DNA of 64,000 nucleotides from a virus (IMGVR_UViG_2871105481_000001:8249-72248), one strand, 5' to 3'. Shown: positions 1 to 10,095, counted from the stretch's first letter. Translations and numbers: made by a program. Notes: a model not told the origin generated them from the letters alone.

Positions 1-30
1 AATGATGACGATGATGATCTTCCATTCTGA
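1..30 (+). CDS. 3' end of an upstream gene ending in an acidic tail ...NDDDDDLPF* (SSB-type C-terminal tip; partial)
   Basis: aat gat gac gat gat gat ctt cca ttc tga read directly. DDDLPF tails are typical of SSB/recombination/helicase proteins. Confidence 0.6.
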   Translation, partial: NDDDDDLPF

Positions 31-69
31 TATAAATATGTAACCCTCCAATTTAGGAGGGTTTATTTG

Positions 70-1155
70 TTAAAAGAAATACTCGTGTATAGCTTTTCTA
101 TTCTCATAATAATTGAAGAATATAAACCCCCTTTGTCCTTTTTGAAAATTCGTCTGAACCCAATTAGAGCTAGGGCTTAATGCTGGGTAATTATAGTATT
201 TGAACAAATCACTGCTCGCAGAATCAAATAAGTATTGATGCGAATCTCCTTTCTCTACAATAATATCATAGCCTTTATTTAATAAATTATTAGCTGTTAG
301 ATAGCCTACTATTTTATTGATTTGATTAGGATCTATTTTTGGTTTAAATCCATGTTTCATATGTTGAGAGTCCTTACCATGAGTAGTAACAAAGTAATAA
401 TTACCAACAATACTATAATCAATGAATTTAAGCTGGTTTACTACAGTAACTTTACTAGGATAAGCCTTGTGCATTAAGACCTCAAATGCTTTGTTTAAAC
501 AGTATGCAAATGAGCCAGAGTGGTTGTCATTATTAATATTATGAAAGTGAATTTTATCGTAATATGGAAGTAGTGATTCAGTTAATTTTACTTTAAACTC
601 AAAACCAACATCAAAGGCTTCCTCATTCGTCATATTCTGAGGTAAATGATGACCACCTCTTGTTGTTTGTCCATTGAACCCATCTAACATATCACCCAGA
701 TCTTTAATGTAAAGTAGATTAGACTTTTGATTTTGAATTGTAAACGCAACAATTTGGTTTAATGTTTTGAAAATATCATCCTTTGTCCATGTATGGTTAT
801 ATAAACTTCTACCACTATCTGAAGCATCCATACCAATATGTACATCAGTAATTACTAATTTATCAAAATCGGCTTCTATGTTATTTTTTAAATTATTTTT
901 ATTAACAATTAATGGCTTTATATTTCTAAAAGCATATTCAAAGTCATAATCATCAATATTGAAACCTATATCATCATTAGGTCTAATTCTTAGAGAAAAA
1001 TCCTTGGTTTTATCCCAGTATTCAATGACTGACTTATCATCTATTCCTCTTTCTTTACAGTGTTCTTCAAATTTTGATTGATTTCGTTTTGATTCCCGGT
1101 ACTGAATCAGTAATTCTTCCTCGTCTTTCTTTAATCGGTATCTATTACTACCCAT
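70..1155 (-). CDS. Calcineurin-like metallophosphoesterase
   Basis: Motifs ITDVHIG, DLGDMLDG, NDNH, THG, GDSH in order. ATG at 1155 preferred over the track start at 1209. Confidence 0.8.
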   Translation of the reverse strand: MGSNRYRLKKDEEELLIQYRESKRNQSKFEEHCKERGIDDKSVIEYWDKTKDFSLRIRPNDDIGFNIDDYDFEYAFRNIKPLIVNKNNLKNNIEADFDKLVITDVHIGMDASDSGRSLYNHTWTKDDIFKTLNQIVAFTIQNQKSNLLYIKDLGDMLDGFNGQTTRGGHHLPQNMTNEEAFDVGFEFKVKLTESLLPYYDKIHFHNINNDNHSGSFAYCLNKAFEVLMHKAYPSKVTVVNQLKFIDYSIVGNYYFVTTHGKDSQHMKHGFKPKIDPNQINKIVGYLTANNLLNKGYDIIVEKGDSHQYLFDSASSDLFKYYNYPALSPSSNWVQTNFQKGQRGFIFFNYYENRKAIHEYFF

Positions 1156-1294
1156 GAGAAAAATAAATTTAGGTGTTATGTACGACCAATAAAGTATCAG
1201 TGAACGCAAAACATTGGTTTGCTAGAACCAAAAATCCCTGCCAAATTTATGACAAGGATTAAACACCTCATTTTATTTTTATGGTTAATAGATT

Positions 1295-1912
1295 TTATGC
1301 GGACTTAATTTTATTGTACCAGTTTAAAACTTCTTTAATGCCAAATGGATTTGCTGAATAATTACCTGCAATTACTTGACGTGTTGCCAATAAAGAAGGC
1401 TTTGCTGATAGGTTGTGCTTTTTCCAGTAGTACAAAGCTGAAATAAAGTTAAATGGAGGTTTTTCCAGCCATTCTGGATGTGAAATAAAGTCGATACCAG
1501 TATCTTTTGAAAGCTGAGTGTAATTGTTCCTGCCAGTGGTTTGAATAGCACCACGGCCAATGAATTTAGATCCATCTCCGTCATAGATATTACCTAAACC
1601 TTTAGGAAACTTTCGGTCATCATATACTAGGTTAGCAAGTTTTTCAGAATCTCGCAGATAATCGTTTGGTTTGTACTTTGATCTAAAAGCAGAAGGAAAT
1701 ACCGCAACCAATCTTGAAGGGGTAGTGTAAAATAGATTCTCTTTGAATACCTTAAATCCACCAGTTTCATTCAGACAGTTTGCAAGGAACCGAAATTTAT
1801 CTTCATCTGTTTTAAGTCCATATTTTTCCATTTGCTCATATAAATCATCTGGAATATTGGATAGTGTTACATTTAATTTATTGAATTTAGTGGTCAATTC
1901 TTGCTTAGACAT
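1295..1912 (-). CDS. GH19 (chitinase/lysozyme-like) endolysin
   Basis: FLANCLNETGGF..ENL and GDGSKFIGRGAIQTTGRNNY match the GH19 phage lysin motifs. Start ATG 1912 or GTG 1930. Confidence 0.85.
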   Translation of the reverse strand: MSKQELTTKFNKLNVTLSNIPDDLYEQMEKYGLKTDEDKFRFLANCLNETGGFKVFKENLFYTTPSRLVAVFPSAFRSKYKPNDYLRDSEKLANLVYDDRKFPKGLGNIYDGDGSKFIGRGAIQTTGRNNYTQLSKDTGIDFISHPEWLEKPPFNFISALYYWKKHNLSAKPSLLATRQVIAGNYSANPFGIKEVLNWYNKIKSA

Positions 1913-2025
1913 TACTTCTGTTTTGACCACAAAATAATAATAGAAGTAGGAAAATTTATTTTGCTAAATAAATTGTTTTTATTTTAAAATTTCTTATTTT
2001 AGTATATAAAGTTAATTCATTAAAA

Positions 2026-2658
2026 ATGAAAAAAATAGCCATAATAGGTTCAGGCCATTTAGGTCAACAAATAACTCATCATATACATTCAGATACTAGT
2101 AATATTGTGGTTGGATATTTCGATGAATATCAAACTAAAGGAACAATTATTAAAGATATACCTATAATTGGAGGAAATAATGATATTATTACTTGCTATA
2201 AAAATGGAGAGTTTGATGAGATATTAATTGCTATTGGTTATAAACATATGAATGTTAGAAAACTCTTTTATGATAAATTAAAAAACGATGTACCTTTTCA
2301 TACATTTATTCATTCAACAACATTTATTGATCCATCTGCAAATATTGGATCTGGAACTATTATTTATCCTGGTTGTATAATAGATCAAGATGTAATTATT
2401 GAAGAAAATGTATTAATAAACATATCAAATACTATTTCTCATGATTCTAGAATTGGTAAGCATTGTTTTTTATCCCCAAGTATTGCAATAGCAGGATTTG
2501 TGAGTATAGGAGAACAATGTAATATTGGTATAAATACAACAATAATTGATAATATTATTATTTCAGATAATATTCAAACTGGAGGAGGAACAGTCGTAAT
2601 AAAAAATTTAAATAACCAAGGTCTTTATGTTGGAAATCCAGCAAGGTTTATAAAATAA
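2026..2658 (+). CDS. PglD/NeuD-family sugar O/N-acetyltransferase (hexapeptide repeat)
   Basis: N-terminal IIGSGHLG Rossmann-like part, IAIGY, IHSTTFIDPSANIGSGT left-handed beta-helix, C-terminal VGNPARFIK. Confidence 0.9.
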   Translation: MKKIAIIGSGHLGQQITHHIHSDTSNIVVGYFDEYQTKGTIIKDIPIIGGNNDIITCYKNGEFDEILIAIGYKHMNVRKLFYDKLKNDVPFHTFIHSTTFIDPSANIGSGTIIYPGCIIDQDVIIEENVLINISNTISHDSRIGKHCFLSPSIAIAGFVSIGEQCNIGINTTIIDNIIISDNIQTGGGTVVIKNLNNQGLYVGNPARFIK

Positions 2659-2690
2659 AAAAATCTCGGAAACTGATTCCGAGATTTTTT
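2658..2690. terminator. Bidirectional intrinsic terminator
   Basis: AAAAAATCTCGGAA-actga-TTCCGAGATTTTTT between convergent genes. Confidence 0.85.
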
Positions 2691-2872
2691 CAAATTTCTA
2701 TTTTTTTTATTTCACAATACACGACAGTAAATATGATCGCAATAAGTATAGTAACTAGAAAAAACAAAAGTGTATAAGTAAGCGTTGTCAAATTATAATA
2801 TAATGAAGGCAAAAGTCCTGCTATAATTATTAGTAGAACCATGAATAATGGCGCTAAAATTCCTATTCTCAT
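2690..2872 (-). CDS. Small two-TM membrane protein at the end of the lysis operon
   Basis: 60 aa, two hydrophobic stretches, co-oriented with the lysis genes. Confidence 0.5.
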   Translation of the reverse strand: MRIGILAPLFMVLLIIIAGLLPSLYYNLTTLTYTLLFFLVTILIAIIFTVVYCEIKKIEI

Positions 2873-2877
2873 ATATA

Positions 2878-3307
2878 CTATTTAAGTTCAAAATGAGGGG
2901 GGGGCAAATGGGCTTTTCCAATATCCACCCCATGTTATTGCAATACCCAATTCTTTTGCAACTTTTTTAATGTGATCAGATATAAACTTCAGGTTCTTAA
3001 TGGTGTCTTTATGATTAACCTGAACCTGTCCCAAAAAGAATGGATATAAATCTACTGCATGTCCAAATCCGTCTAGTTTCGCTTGGTGATTAGATTTATT
3101 CCTAACTCCGTCTGCATTGGTTACTTTTATGCCGGGTTTTGTTCTTCCTTGTGCATACAGATCCTGTAGCCTTTTTAAAGCACGAACTCCTTCAGTGATT
3201 GTGAAGTCTACCGGAGAATTTACAATTGCAGCTTTCATTACTTTTACTAAGTTTGGATGAATACCTTCTAAGTTCTTAAGGCTTCTTTCTCCTAATTTAT
3301 ATGTCAT
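2878..3307 (-). pseudogene. M15-family (L-Ala-D-Glu peptidase-like) endolysin with a frameshifted C-terminus
   Basis: GVRALKRLQDLYAQGRT, SNH...GHAVDL and WGGYW motifs. The terminal PHFELK* (stop 2878-2880) is out of frame after a G8 run at 2897-2904; as written the ORF ends ..FAPPSF at 2888. Confidence 0.75.
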
Positions 3308-3909
3308 TACTTTCTTATTTTATCAATTATACTTTTTATGAATGTAGATTTCCGGAAATAGACTATTAATCCCATAATAATAATTATGGCTAATCCCCAC
3401 CAGAAAAACACCGCATAGGCTCCAAACTGAAGTCCAGTACTCTTTACTTTTTCTGCCAGATCTTTAACTTCATTGGCGGCTTTAGAAATTGTTTCCTGAG
3501 ATACAGCCTCCCGAGAAAGCTTCTGAAGCTCATTTAGATTTTCTTTTTTGTCTTCCTTACTATTACTCTTTTCAGTATTTATTGATTTAGCCCTATAAGT
3601 AACTTCTGCATTACCGGTAACTTTCACACTGGAAATAGTATCTCCGTTTTCTATTTGATGAAATTCTATAGGCTTTCCGGATTCAGCTTTACCTTTTATT
3701 TCAATTTCTGAATTCTTGATTTTATCTAATTGCGTATCTTGGTATTTTGATTCCGATTTTTCAACCTGCTTCACAACAGAATCCTTCTCATCTTCTTTAA
3801 CAACCTTTTCATAAGATTGTTTTATTTCAGAAGTAATTCGCCTATCTAACTTTCTGGATCTACACCCAAATATTAAAAAACAACTAAGTATTATCAGTAT
3901 TGGTTTCAT
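3307..3909 (-). CDS. Unimolecular-spanin-like lipoprotein
   Basis: N-terminal lipobox LIFG-C, coiled periplasmic part, C-terminal TM helix (VFFWWGLAIIIIMGLIVYF); sits between holin and endolysin. Confidence 0.65.
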   Translation of the reverse strand: MKPILIILSCFLIFGCRSRKLDRRITSEIKQSYEKVVKEDEKDSVVKQVEKSESKYQDTQLDKIKNSEIEIKGKAESGKPIEFHQIENGDTISSVKVTGNAEVTYRAKSINTEKSNSKEDKKENLNELQKLSREAVSQETISKAANEVKDLAEKVKSTGLQFGAYAVFFWWGLAIIIIMGLIVYFRKSTFIKSIIDKIRK

Positions 3910-4426
3910 TTGATTTGGTTTTAAGTGAATTTAAATCTGCTGTCTTCTGGAAATTATCAAGCTTACTCATCCACCCTATAGGGGGGAACTTTCCACGGGT
4001 AATTATTGAAAGGTTTCCAAGAGCAGAACCTCCTGGATAAAGGAATACCATAGTTTGTATTAGCATCTTCATATAGATGGCAATAAAGTCTGCATCTTTT
4101 ACGATCTCACGTAACATTTCAAGAACCACATAACCAGCAATACAGCCTCCTACTTTTGTTATTAATCCTAAATAGTTCTTTTTAAAGACAAAATCACGTT
4201 TATAAAAAAGATGTACAACTGTGCCAAGCGCATGATCTACCAGAATAGCAGCCATAACCATTATTATGAAAAATGAATTGTCCATATACCATCCGGTTAC
4301 CTTTTCATTAAATGCAAATGCAACAGCCGGAATCGTCCCCAGTTTAAATAATGCTGGTAGAATCACATGTAGATCCTTTCCCGAGTGCAAAACGTTTAGG
4401 TTTTTAATTAAGAATTTAAGTATCAT
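3884..4426 (-). CDS. Holin
   Basis: Several TM segments with ILVDHALG, basic-ish tail, first gene of the lysis cassette. ATG at 4426 follows the TAG of the upstream gene (4428-4430). Confidence 0.65.
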   Translation of the reverse strand: MILKFLIKNLNVLHSGKDLHVILPALFKLGTIPAVAFAFNEKVTGWYMDNSFFIIMVMAAILVDHALGTVVHLFYKRDFVFKKNYLGLITKVGGCIAGYVVLEMLREIVKDADFIAIYMKMLIQTMVFLYPGGSALGNLSIITRGKFPPIGWMSKLDNFQKTADLNSLKTKSNETNTDNT

Positions 4427-4427
4427 A

Positions 4428-6821
4428 CTATTGGCATTCATTAAATAAGAAATCATCAAGAAGCCCATCAGCATACATTAAAGATCCCATTGTACCCATA
4501 TGTACAACATCATTTACAGTATATTCAATTGTAGTACTTCGCGTATTCTGTGTATATTCATCATAAGAATATCCATTATCAACATCAAAAGAACTAGCAC
4601 AATCAACATATCTAACAAATGAGCTAAGCGCAACTCCTTTATATGACTCATTTTTAATCGCAGATTCGTATAAATTATAGTGTTTAGTCCACAATCTACG
4701 TTGTCTAGAACAACTGAATCCATCATCGAATGTATGACCTGAATTAAGAGGATAATATTGATGGTTTACCAATAAAATTTTGACATCAGAGCTTCCACCT
4801 GCTATCGTATCACAAGCTTGCTTAATTCTATATAATACACGCTTTAGTCTCTCTTTTATGGATGGTATATTGTTTTCATTCCATCCACCCGCAATTATAT
4901 CATTAACTCCACAAGCGAAATAAATGTATTTTGGATATTTACCGGTTCCACATACGCTTTGTATAAACCAAGGAAAATCCATTTGTTTGTTAATCCCATC
5001 ATCGTCTAATTCATTTGGCATGCCAGAATCTGGTCTGAAAAATGGATTCCCAGAAGTTCCATTATTATATGGGATAGTTGTCTCCATTATTATCTCTAGA
5101 CTATTTGCTATAGTATATTTGTTTGTTGAATCACCTTGCATACCAACTAATTCTATTCTACCAGCTCCCATATTATATGCAGGTTTATATAAAATATTAC
5201 CATCAGTAGATCCAGGACTATTTGTATTTAACATTCTTAGCCACTCTTTGCCAATCTTATTTTGATTATAATGCCATAATGAATCTCCTATAATCATAAC
5301 TTGCAAAGTTCCACTCCCTAATGGTAACTTTTTTATAGTAGTAGGCATAGTAGCTTTATATATTGTAGTAGTTTTACTTGCTATTTCAATCCTGTTTAAA
5401 TCAAACACTCTTATAGTTAAAGATCCATTATCATTCAATAATATAAAACGTCCTTTATTTCCATCTCCAGCCATAACTTGATTTCCAGTTGCTTCTATAT
5501 TATAATTTTTTCTGGGTTCAAATCCTGAAAATAAACTTTCTATATACAATCTCTTTTCAATAATATCAATTGAGTAAATTTTTTCCGAAAGCATTATTTC
5601 ACCACTATTATTAGTCTTAATTATAGTGTTCTGAAGACTTTGATCTCCAACTATTTTATTAATTTCATTGGTATTGAATAAAATAGAATCCGTTGAAAAA
5701 TTTACTTTATTAGTGTTTTTAGTCCTCGCATTGAAATATATTCTGGCTGCATTAGCAGGTATTTTAACATTTGTTAAGTTTGAACTTGTTCCAGAAATTC
5801 TAGCAGGAGTACTATCTGCAAATTGTAAATAAGTAAAACAAGAAAAATTACAACTACTTATATATTTAGCACCTATTGGTATGGAAATCCATCCTACTTT
5901 ATCTCCAGAAGAGTTAGGCACATATATACCTCCATCCATCACAGTCCCATTTTGTAAGTTAGGATCATCTAAGCCAGTATATTTACTTATAGGCACAGAA
6001 ATTATATTAGGATCAGGAGAGTCAAATGATATTTTAGAATCAACATATTTTTTTACAGAATCTTGTTGAACTTGTTCATATGAAGCTAACATATTTACAA
6101 TTGGAACTGATATTCCTACTTTTTGCCATACTACATATATAAATTGAGCGCCATCTGGAATAGAAACTGTTGTTTCAATTGGTTGTGTCGGATTTGGTAA
6201 AGTATTAATTGCTGAATCAAGTAAACCCGTCAAAACATTATTAATATCTCCTGACATTATAGTAGGATACTTTGATTGTACACCTAGTAGAGTTAATGGT
6301 ATTATTCCATTAAAATAAACATTTTTTTCTCCTGATTGAAGATTTATTTTTTGATATCTATAACCAGAATCAGAAATAATAGTACCAGTATTTACATCAA
6401 TAAGTCCTTCAGTTACAGAATTCATTTCAACATTTCTAATCAATGAAGGTCTTGTAAATGAATCTAAAACTTTAGCTAAAACAGTAGCTCTTTTATTTGC
6501 AATTGCATTTGATGAATTTGCATTAAAGTCTTGATCAACTTGTACCTTCGGTTTTTCGCTTAATTCTTTATAAGCTACACCATTCTTAACTAATACATAT
6601 ACATAGTTATTATCTAATTCAAGCTGGGTAACTGTAATATTTGGAGTGACATTTGTGTAAGTTCCTGCATTAAACACATCATACTTATAGTATCCATTTG
6701 TAGGTATATCTGAAGCTAAAACTTTACTTAAATCACCATTAATTCCTGTTACTGCAATTTTTCTTACATCATTAAGTTTAGCATCTGTTTCTACTTTTGT
6801 ATAGTGGATTGTATCTGCCAT
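4428..6821 (-). CDS. Tail spike/fibre with C-terminal SGNH/GDSL esterase domain
   Basis: IIGDSL (block I), FACGVNDII (block III), DVVH (block V); YTKVETDAKL fibre linker at the N-terminus; tail-module context. Confidence 0.7.
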   Translation of the reverse strand: MADTIHYTKVETDAKLNDVRKIAVTGINGDLSKVLASDIPTNGYYKYDVFNAGTYTNVTPNITVTQLELDNNYVYVLVKNGVAYKELSEKPKVQVDQDFNANSSNAIANKRATVLAKVLDSFTRPSLIRNVEMNSVTEGLIDVNTGTIISDSGYRYQKINLQSGEKNVYFNGIIPLTLLGVQSKYPTIMSGDINNVLTGLLDSAINTLPNPTQPIETTVSIPDGAQFIYVVWQKVGISVPIVNMLASYEQVQQDSVKKYVDSKISFDSPDPNIISVPISKYTGLDDPNLQNGTVMDGGIYVPNSSGDKVGWISIPIGAKYISSCNFSCFTYLQFADSTPARISGTSSNLTNVKIPANAARIYFNARTKNTNKVNFSTDSILFNTNEINKIVGDQSLQNTIIKTNNSGEIMLSEKIYSIDIIEKRLYIESLFSGFEPRKNYNIEATGNQVMAGDGNKGRFILLNDNGSLTIRVFDLNRIEIASKTTTIYKATMPTTIKKLPLGSGTLQVMIIGDSLWHYNQNKIGKEWLRMLNTNSPGSTDGNILYKPAYNMGAGRIELVGMQGDSTNKYTIANSLEIIMETTIPYNNGTSGNPFFRPDSGMPNELDDDGINKQMDFPWFIQSVCGTGKYPKYIYFACGVNDIIAGGWNENNIPSIKERLKRVLYRIKQACDTIAGGSSDVKILLVNHQYYPLNSGHTFDDGFSCSRQRRLWTKHYNLYESAIKNESYKGVALSSFVRYVDCASSFDVDNGYSYDEYTQNTRSTTIEYTVNDVVHMGTMGSLMYADGLLDDFLFNECQ

Positions 6822-7705
6822 TATATTATTCTATGGTTATATGTTATTATTATTTTATCATTAACTCCAACAATTGGAAGTATTTTTATTTTATTAGGTA
6901 ACTCAATATCATATTGAGATGTATCTAATCTTAATCCCTTATGAAATATTCCAATAAAACTAGTTGGTTCAAAATGTAATGTAATGTTGCTGATCCCTGT
7001 GAATTCTTCTGAATATGTAGATGTACCTAACATTATGTCATTATTATTTAGATATAATGTATCATCTGGGGAATTTGTTATTGAACCTATATCCGTTCTC
7101 CATTGTAGTTTCTCAACAGAAGATAATGAAGTAGGAGTTTTAATAAAAATTGTTTTAAATGATGCTTTTGAGATATCACCTTCATTATTTAAAACCATAA
7201 ATGCAGAATACGAAATATCTGATGACTTATCTTTAAGATTCTTAATTATATAGTCGTTTCCATTTGTATCCCAAATAAATTTAGCACCCTGTTTTAATCC
7301 GCTATTAACGGTTGTAGTTCCAGAATAATTGAAAATATTTCTACCTATATTACTTGATAGTATTTTTACTGAATTTCCTGTAGCATCTATTAATGGTAAA
7401 TATTTAAAGTCTGCATTTGGTTCTATTAATTCAGAATTTGGTTTTGATATCTTTTTATTTAATTCTAAATTAACTTGTGTTTTTGAATATACATTACCTT
7501 GAACTGTGGGTGAATCAATATATCCAATCCATTCTTTATCAAGACTATCTTTAATTATTTCATCAATATTAAAATTATCATCAATAATGTATTTCATGAA
7601 ATCATCATAGCGGATTCTTCTAACGCAACCATGAATAGTCAACATGATTTGATCATCATGTGCTAATTTTTTTACTAAATTTTTATTTGAATTTATATCA
7701 CCCAT
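6821..7705 (-). CDS. Tail fibre-associated protein
   Basis: YSKTQVNLEL linker; N-terminus similar to the 68-aa ORF at 9889-10095; tail context. Confidence 0.5.
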   Translation of the reverse strand: MGDINSNKNLVKKLAHDDQIMLTIHGCVRRIRYDDFMKYIIDDNFNIDEIIKDSLDKEWIGYIDSPTVQGNVYSKTQVNLELNKKISKPNSELIEPNADFKYLPLIDATGNSVKILSSNIGRNIFNYSGTTTVNSGLKQGAKFIWDTNGNDYIIKNLKDKSSDISYSAFMVLNNEGDISKASFKTIFIKTPTSLSSVEKLQWRTDIGSITNSPDDTLYLNNNDIMLGTSTYSEEFTGISNITLHFEPTSFIGIFHKGLRLDTSQYDIELPNKIKILPIVGVNDKIIITYNHRII

Positions 7706-7712
7706 CAGATTA

Positions 7713-9872
7713 TTATAAAGCCGATTTAAATACTTGATAAGAATTATTAATAAAATAAATGCTATATTTTCCTCTTGTATTTAAATTAACTGAAGTATTT
7801 GTTGTTGAATCAAAAGTTATATTCTTAGTTGAATTTAATGTAACTGTGTTACTGTCTAGTTTTAGTAATGTTATTTCCATACTATAAATAGAATCATTTA
7901 AACTCGGAAGAACTAATGTAGTATTTGCACTACTATGTGCTATTAAACCTGTATTAGGCTGTATATTAACTGTTCCTGAGTTTGTTATATTATTTCCTGA
8001 ATAGTATATTGAAGTAACTAATAACTTATCAATATACCCACCATACATCTTAGAGTCTAAATCTGTCTTACCTTCTATATTTTCACCTGCAATACCAACA
8101 AACTTATCTCTAAAACCTCCTGGATTACCTCCTGATTTATTATAATAACCATAAATTGCAGTATTACCAGTTTGAACACTACCTATATCTCCGCCTAAAT
8201 ATTTTGTTGCAAATCCTATATCGAAGGCACTAGAAATGATTCCATTAGTTCCAATGCCAGCAGATGATACAATCGTATTTGCCGATGTTCTACCAGTAAC
8301 ATTTATAAACGCACCATTCACATATTCAGTACTGCCTGAGTTTAGTGATGTAAGCCTAATTGCTGGACTTACTAAACTTCCAGAATAAAATGAAAGTGAA
8401 TTATCTGATTCATTTATTTCTAATCTTGTTCCTGAATCATTGGTTTTTAAGTTTCTAACACCTAGATTTTCAATATAAGCAGCTTCTGCTAAAAAAATTC
8501 CTGTAGCTATAAAATCAAAAGTTCTATCTGCTACATTCCAATATTGAGGATTTGTTGGTAAAGTGCCTATTGGAATAATTCCTGCATCTGTTCTTGATAC
8601 ATACCATACTCCATTATAAATTACAGCTTCAACTCTTTTAGAATCTCCTATATATTGCACTGTGTTTTTCCAAGAACCTCTTGGTGCTACAAACAAATCT
8701 GAAACTGGGCCTGTATCACCCTTATCGCCTTTCGGACCCACATCCCCTTTCGGACCCGGAACCCCTTGATCTCCTCTTTCTCCAGTTGACCTTACGGGTA
8801 CACTCCATGTTCCTATCAATGAATTATCACTACCTTTTTTAGTTGCAATAGTCATCCAAAGAATTTCTAATGAATTTAACGTTGGAGGTTTAATTGTCCA
8901 TCCACTAGGAACACTCTGATTTACATCTATTTCTGGTGGAGTTGTGTAAGAACCATTTTTCGCAAATCTTTGTTCTGGATAATTACCTTTTTCCCCTTCT
9001 TCTCCCTTCTCCCCTTTTATTTTACTAACACTCCAACTACCCCAATTACCATTAGAAAACTTTCTAATAGCCATCCATATAGAATCTTCTCTTGCATCAT
9101 TGTACCAATTCTCTGGATTTAAAGTTGGATCACTTGGATTTAATAATAATGAAGAAAATTCAAAATCAATATCTTTAGTATCTGATAATAATCTTGGTAT
9201 AGACCATAATGGCTGTTGAGGACTTTCACCATTCATTGTGAATATCCTAGTAGACATATAAATTGGTTTATTACCTGAAGGGATACCATCACTCCAGCCA
9301 TTTGTTGTAGGTATTGGACTATTCCAACTACCACCAGTAGGAATACTTGGTATACTATTACTTCTTATAAACGCAATTGATTTTAAAGCTCCATTACTAT
9401 TGTCTCCATTTTCGCCATTAGTTCCAGCTTTTACTTTAGTAATAATATATGAAGTATACAAAGGACTATTACCTCCCTTTTCAGCAATAATATCTACACT
9501 ACCATTATCTCCAGTCAATATTGATACATTTACATTCCCAGATAACGAATCTATACTACCAACACAATTATAAAAAGTAGCTTTAAATGTCCATTGAGAT
9601 TCTAGATTACCATCTTTATAAACATTAGCCTTAGTAGATGGAATTGGACTTGTAATATCTCCATTACTTTTTGATGGAATTAGAGAAAATTCTTTTGTTA
9701 ACTTTAAAGAATAATTATCTATTTCTCTATTTTTAACTTTTACTCTAGTTCTATTCTTATCAACAATAAATAATTCGCACTTTTCTGAATCAAGTGGCAA
9801 TATATATAGCGAATTTGGCTTTATAGCCTCATTCTCGTTTTTAATTATTTCAACATTTTTAAATTGTTTCAT
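7713..9872 (-). CDS. Tail fibre protein with collagen-like repeats
   Basis: GERGDQGVPGPKGDVGPKGDKGDTGP and GEKGEEGEKG Gly-X-Y runs, WSxP repeats, RGSW..YIGD motif. Confidence 0.75.
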   Translation of the reverse strand: MKQFKNVEIIKNENEAIKPNSLYILPLDSEKCELFIVDKNRTRVKVKNREIDNYSLKLTKEFSLIPSKSNGDITSPIPSTKANVYKDGNLESQWTFKATFYNCVGSIDSLSGNVNVSILTGDNGSVDIIAEKGGNSPLYTSYIITKVKAGTNGENGDNSNGALKSIAFIRSNSIPSIPTGGSWNSPIPTTNGWSDGIPSGNKPIYMSTRIFTMNGESPQQPLWSIPRLLSDTKDIDFEFSSLLLNPSDPTLNPENWYNDAREDSIWMAIRKFSNGNWGSWSVSKIKGEKGEEGEKGNYPEQRFAKNGSYTTPPEIDVNQSVPSGWTIKPPTLNSLEILWMTIATKKGSDNSLIGTWSVPVRSTGERGDQGVPGPKGDVGPKGDKGDTGPVSDLFVAPRGSWKNTVQYIGDSKRVEAVIYNGVWYVSRTDAGIIPIGTLPTNPQYWNVADRTFDFIATGIFLAEAAYIENLGVRNLKTNDSGTRLEINESDNSLSFYSGSLVSPAIRLTSLNSGSTEYVNGAFINVTGRTSANTIVSSAGIGTNGIISSAFDIGFATKYLGGDIGSVQTGNTAIYGYYNKSGGNPGGFRDKFVGIAGENIEGKTDLDSKMYGGYIDKLLVTSIYYSGNNITNSGTVNIQPNTGLIAHSSANTTLVLPSLNDSIYSMEITLLKLDSNTVTLNSTKNITFDSTTNTSVNLNTRGKYSIYFINNSYQVFKSAL

Positions 9873-9888
9873 CGTTTTGGATATCAGT

Positions 9889-10095
9889 TTATTCTGTTGT
9901 TAAGTTTTCTGGAGTAAAGCTTCCAATATCTTCAAATGATTGCTCTATAACCTCACCCAAATCAATATCACCAAACACTACATCTTTTAGTATGTCAAAC
10001 TTGGTTATTCTTCTCTGGCATCCATCTATTAGAATGACAACTTCATCTGTCATATACATTTCAGAAACTTGTTCAGCAGTTGATACACTTCCCAT
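9889..10095 (-). CDS. Small tail-module protein
   Basis: 68 aa, first gene of the leftward tail operon; shares IxGCxRRI..D..K with the protein at 6821-7705. Confidence 0.55.
   Translation of the reverse strand: MGSVSTAEQVSEMYMTDEVVILIDGCQRRITKFDILKDVVFGDIDLGEVIEQSFEDIGSFTPENLTTE

Noticed and set aside
31-69. attL site at the left edge
   Set aside because: No partner repeat visible within the window; cannot be supported without flanking sequence.
4428-9872. A DGR variable repeat in tail fibre/spike genes
   Set aside because: By eye, no match to the TR core GTTCTCGTTC or its reverse complement GAACGAGAAC; a computational scan should confirm.
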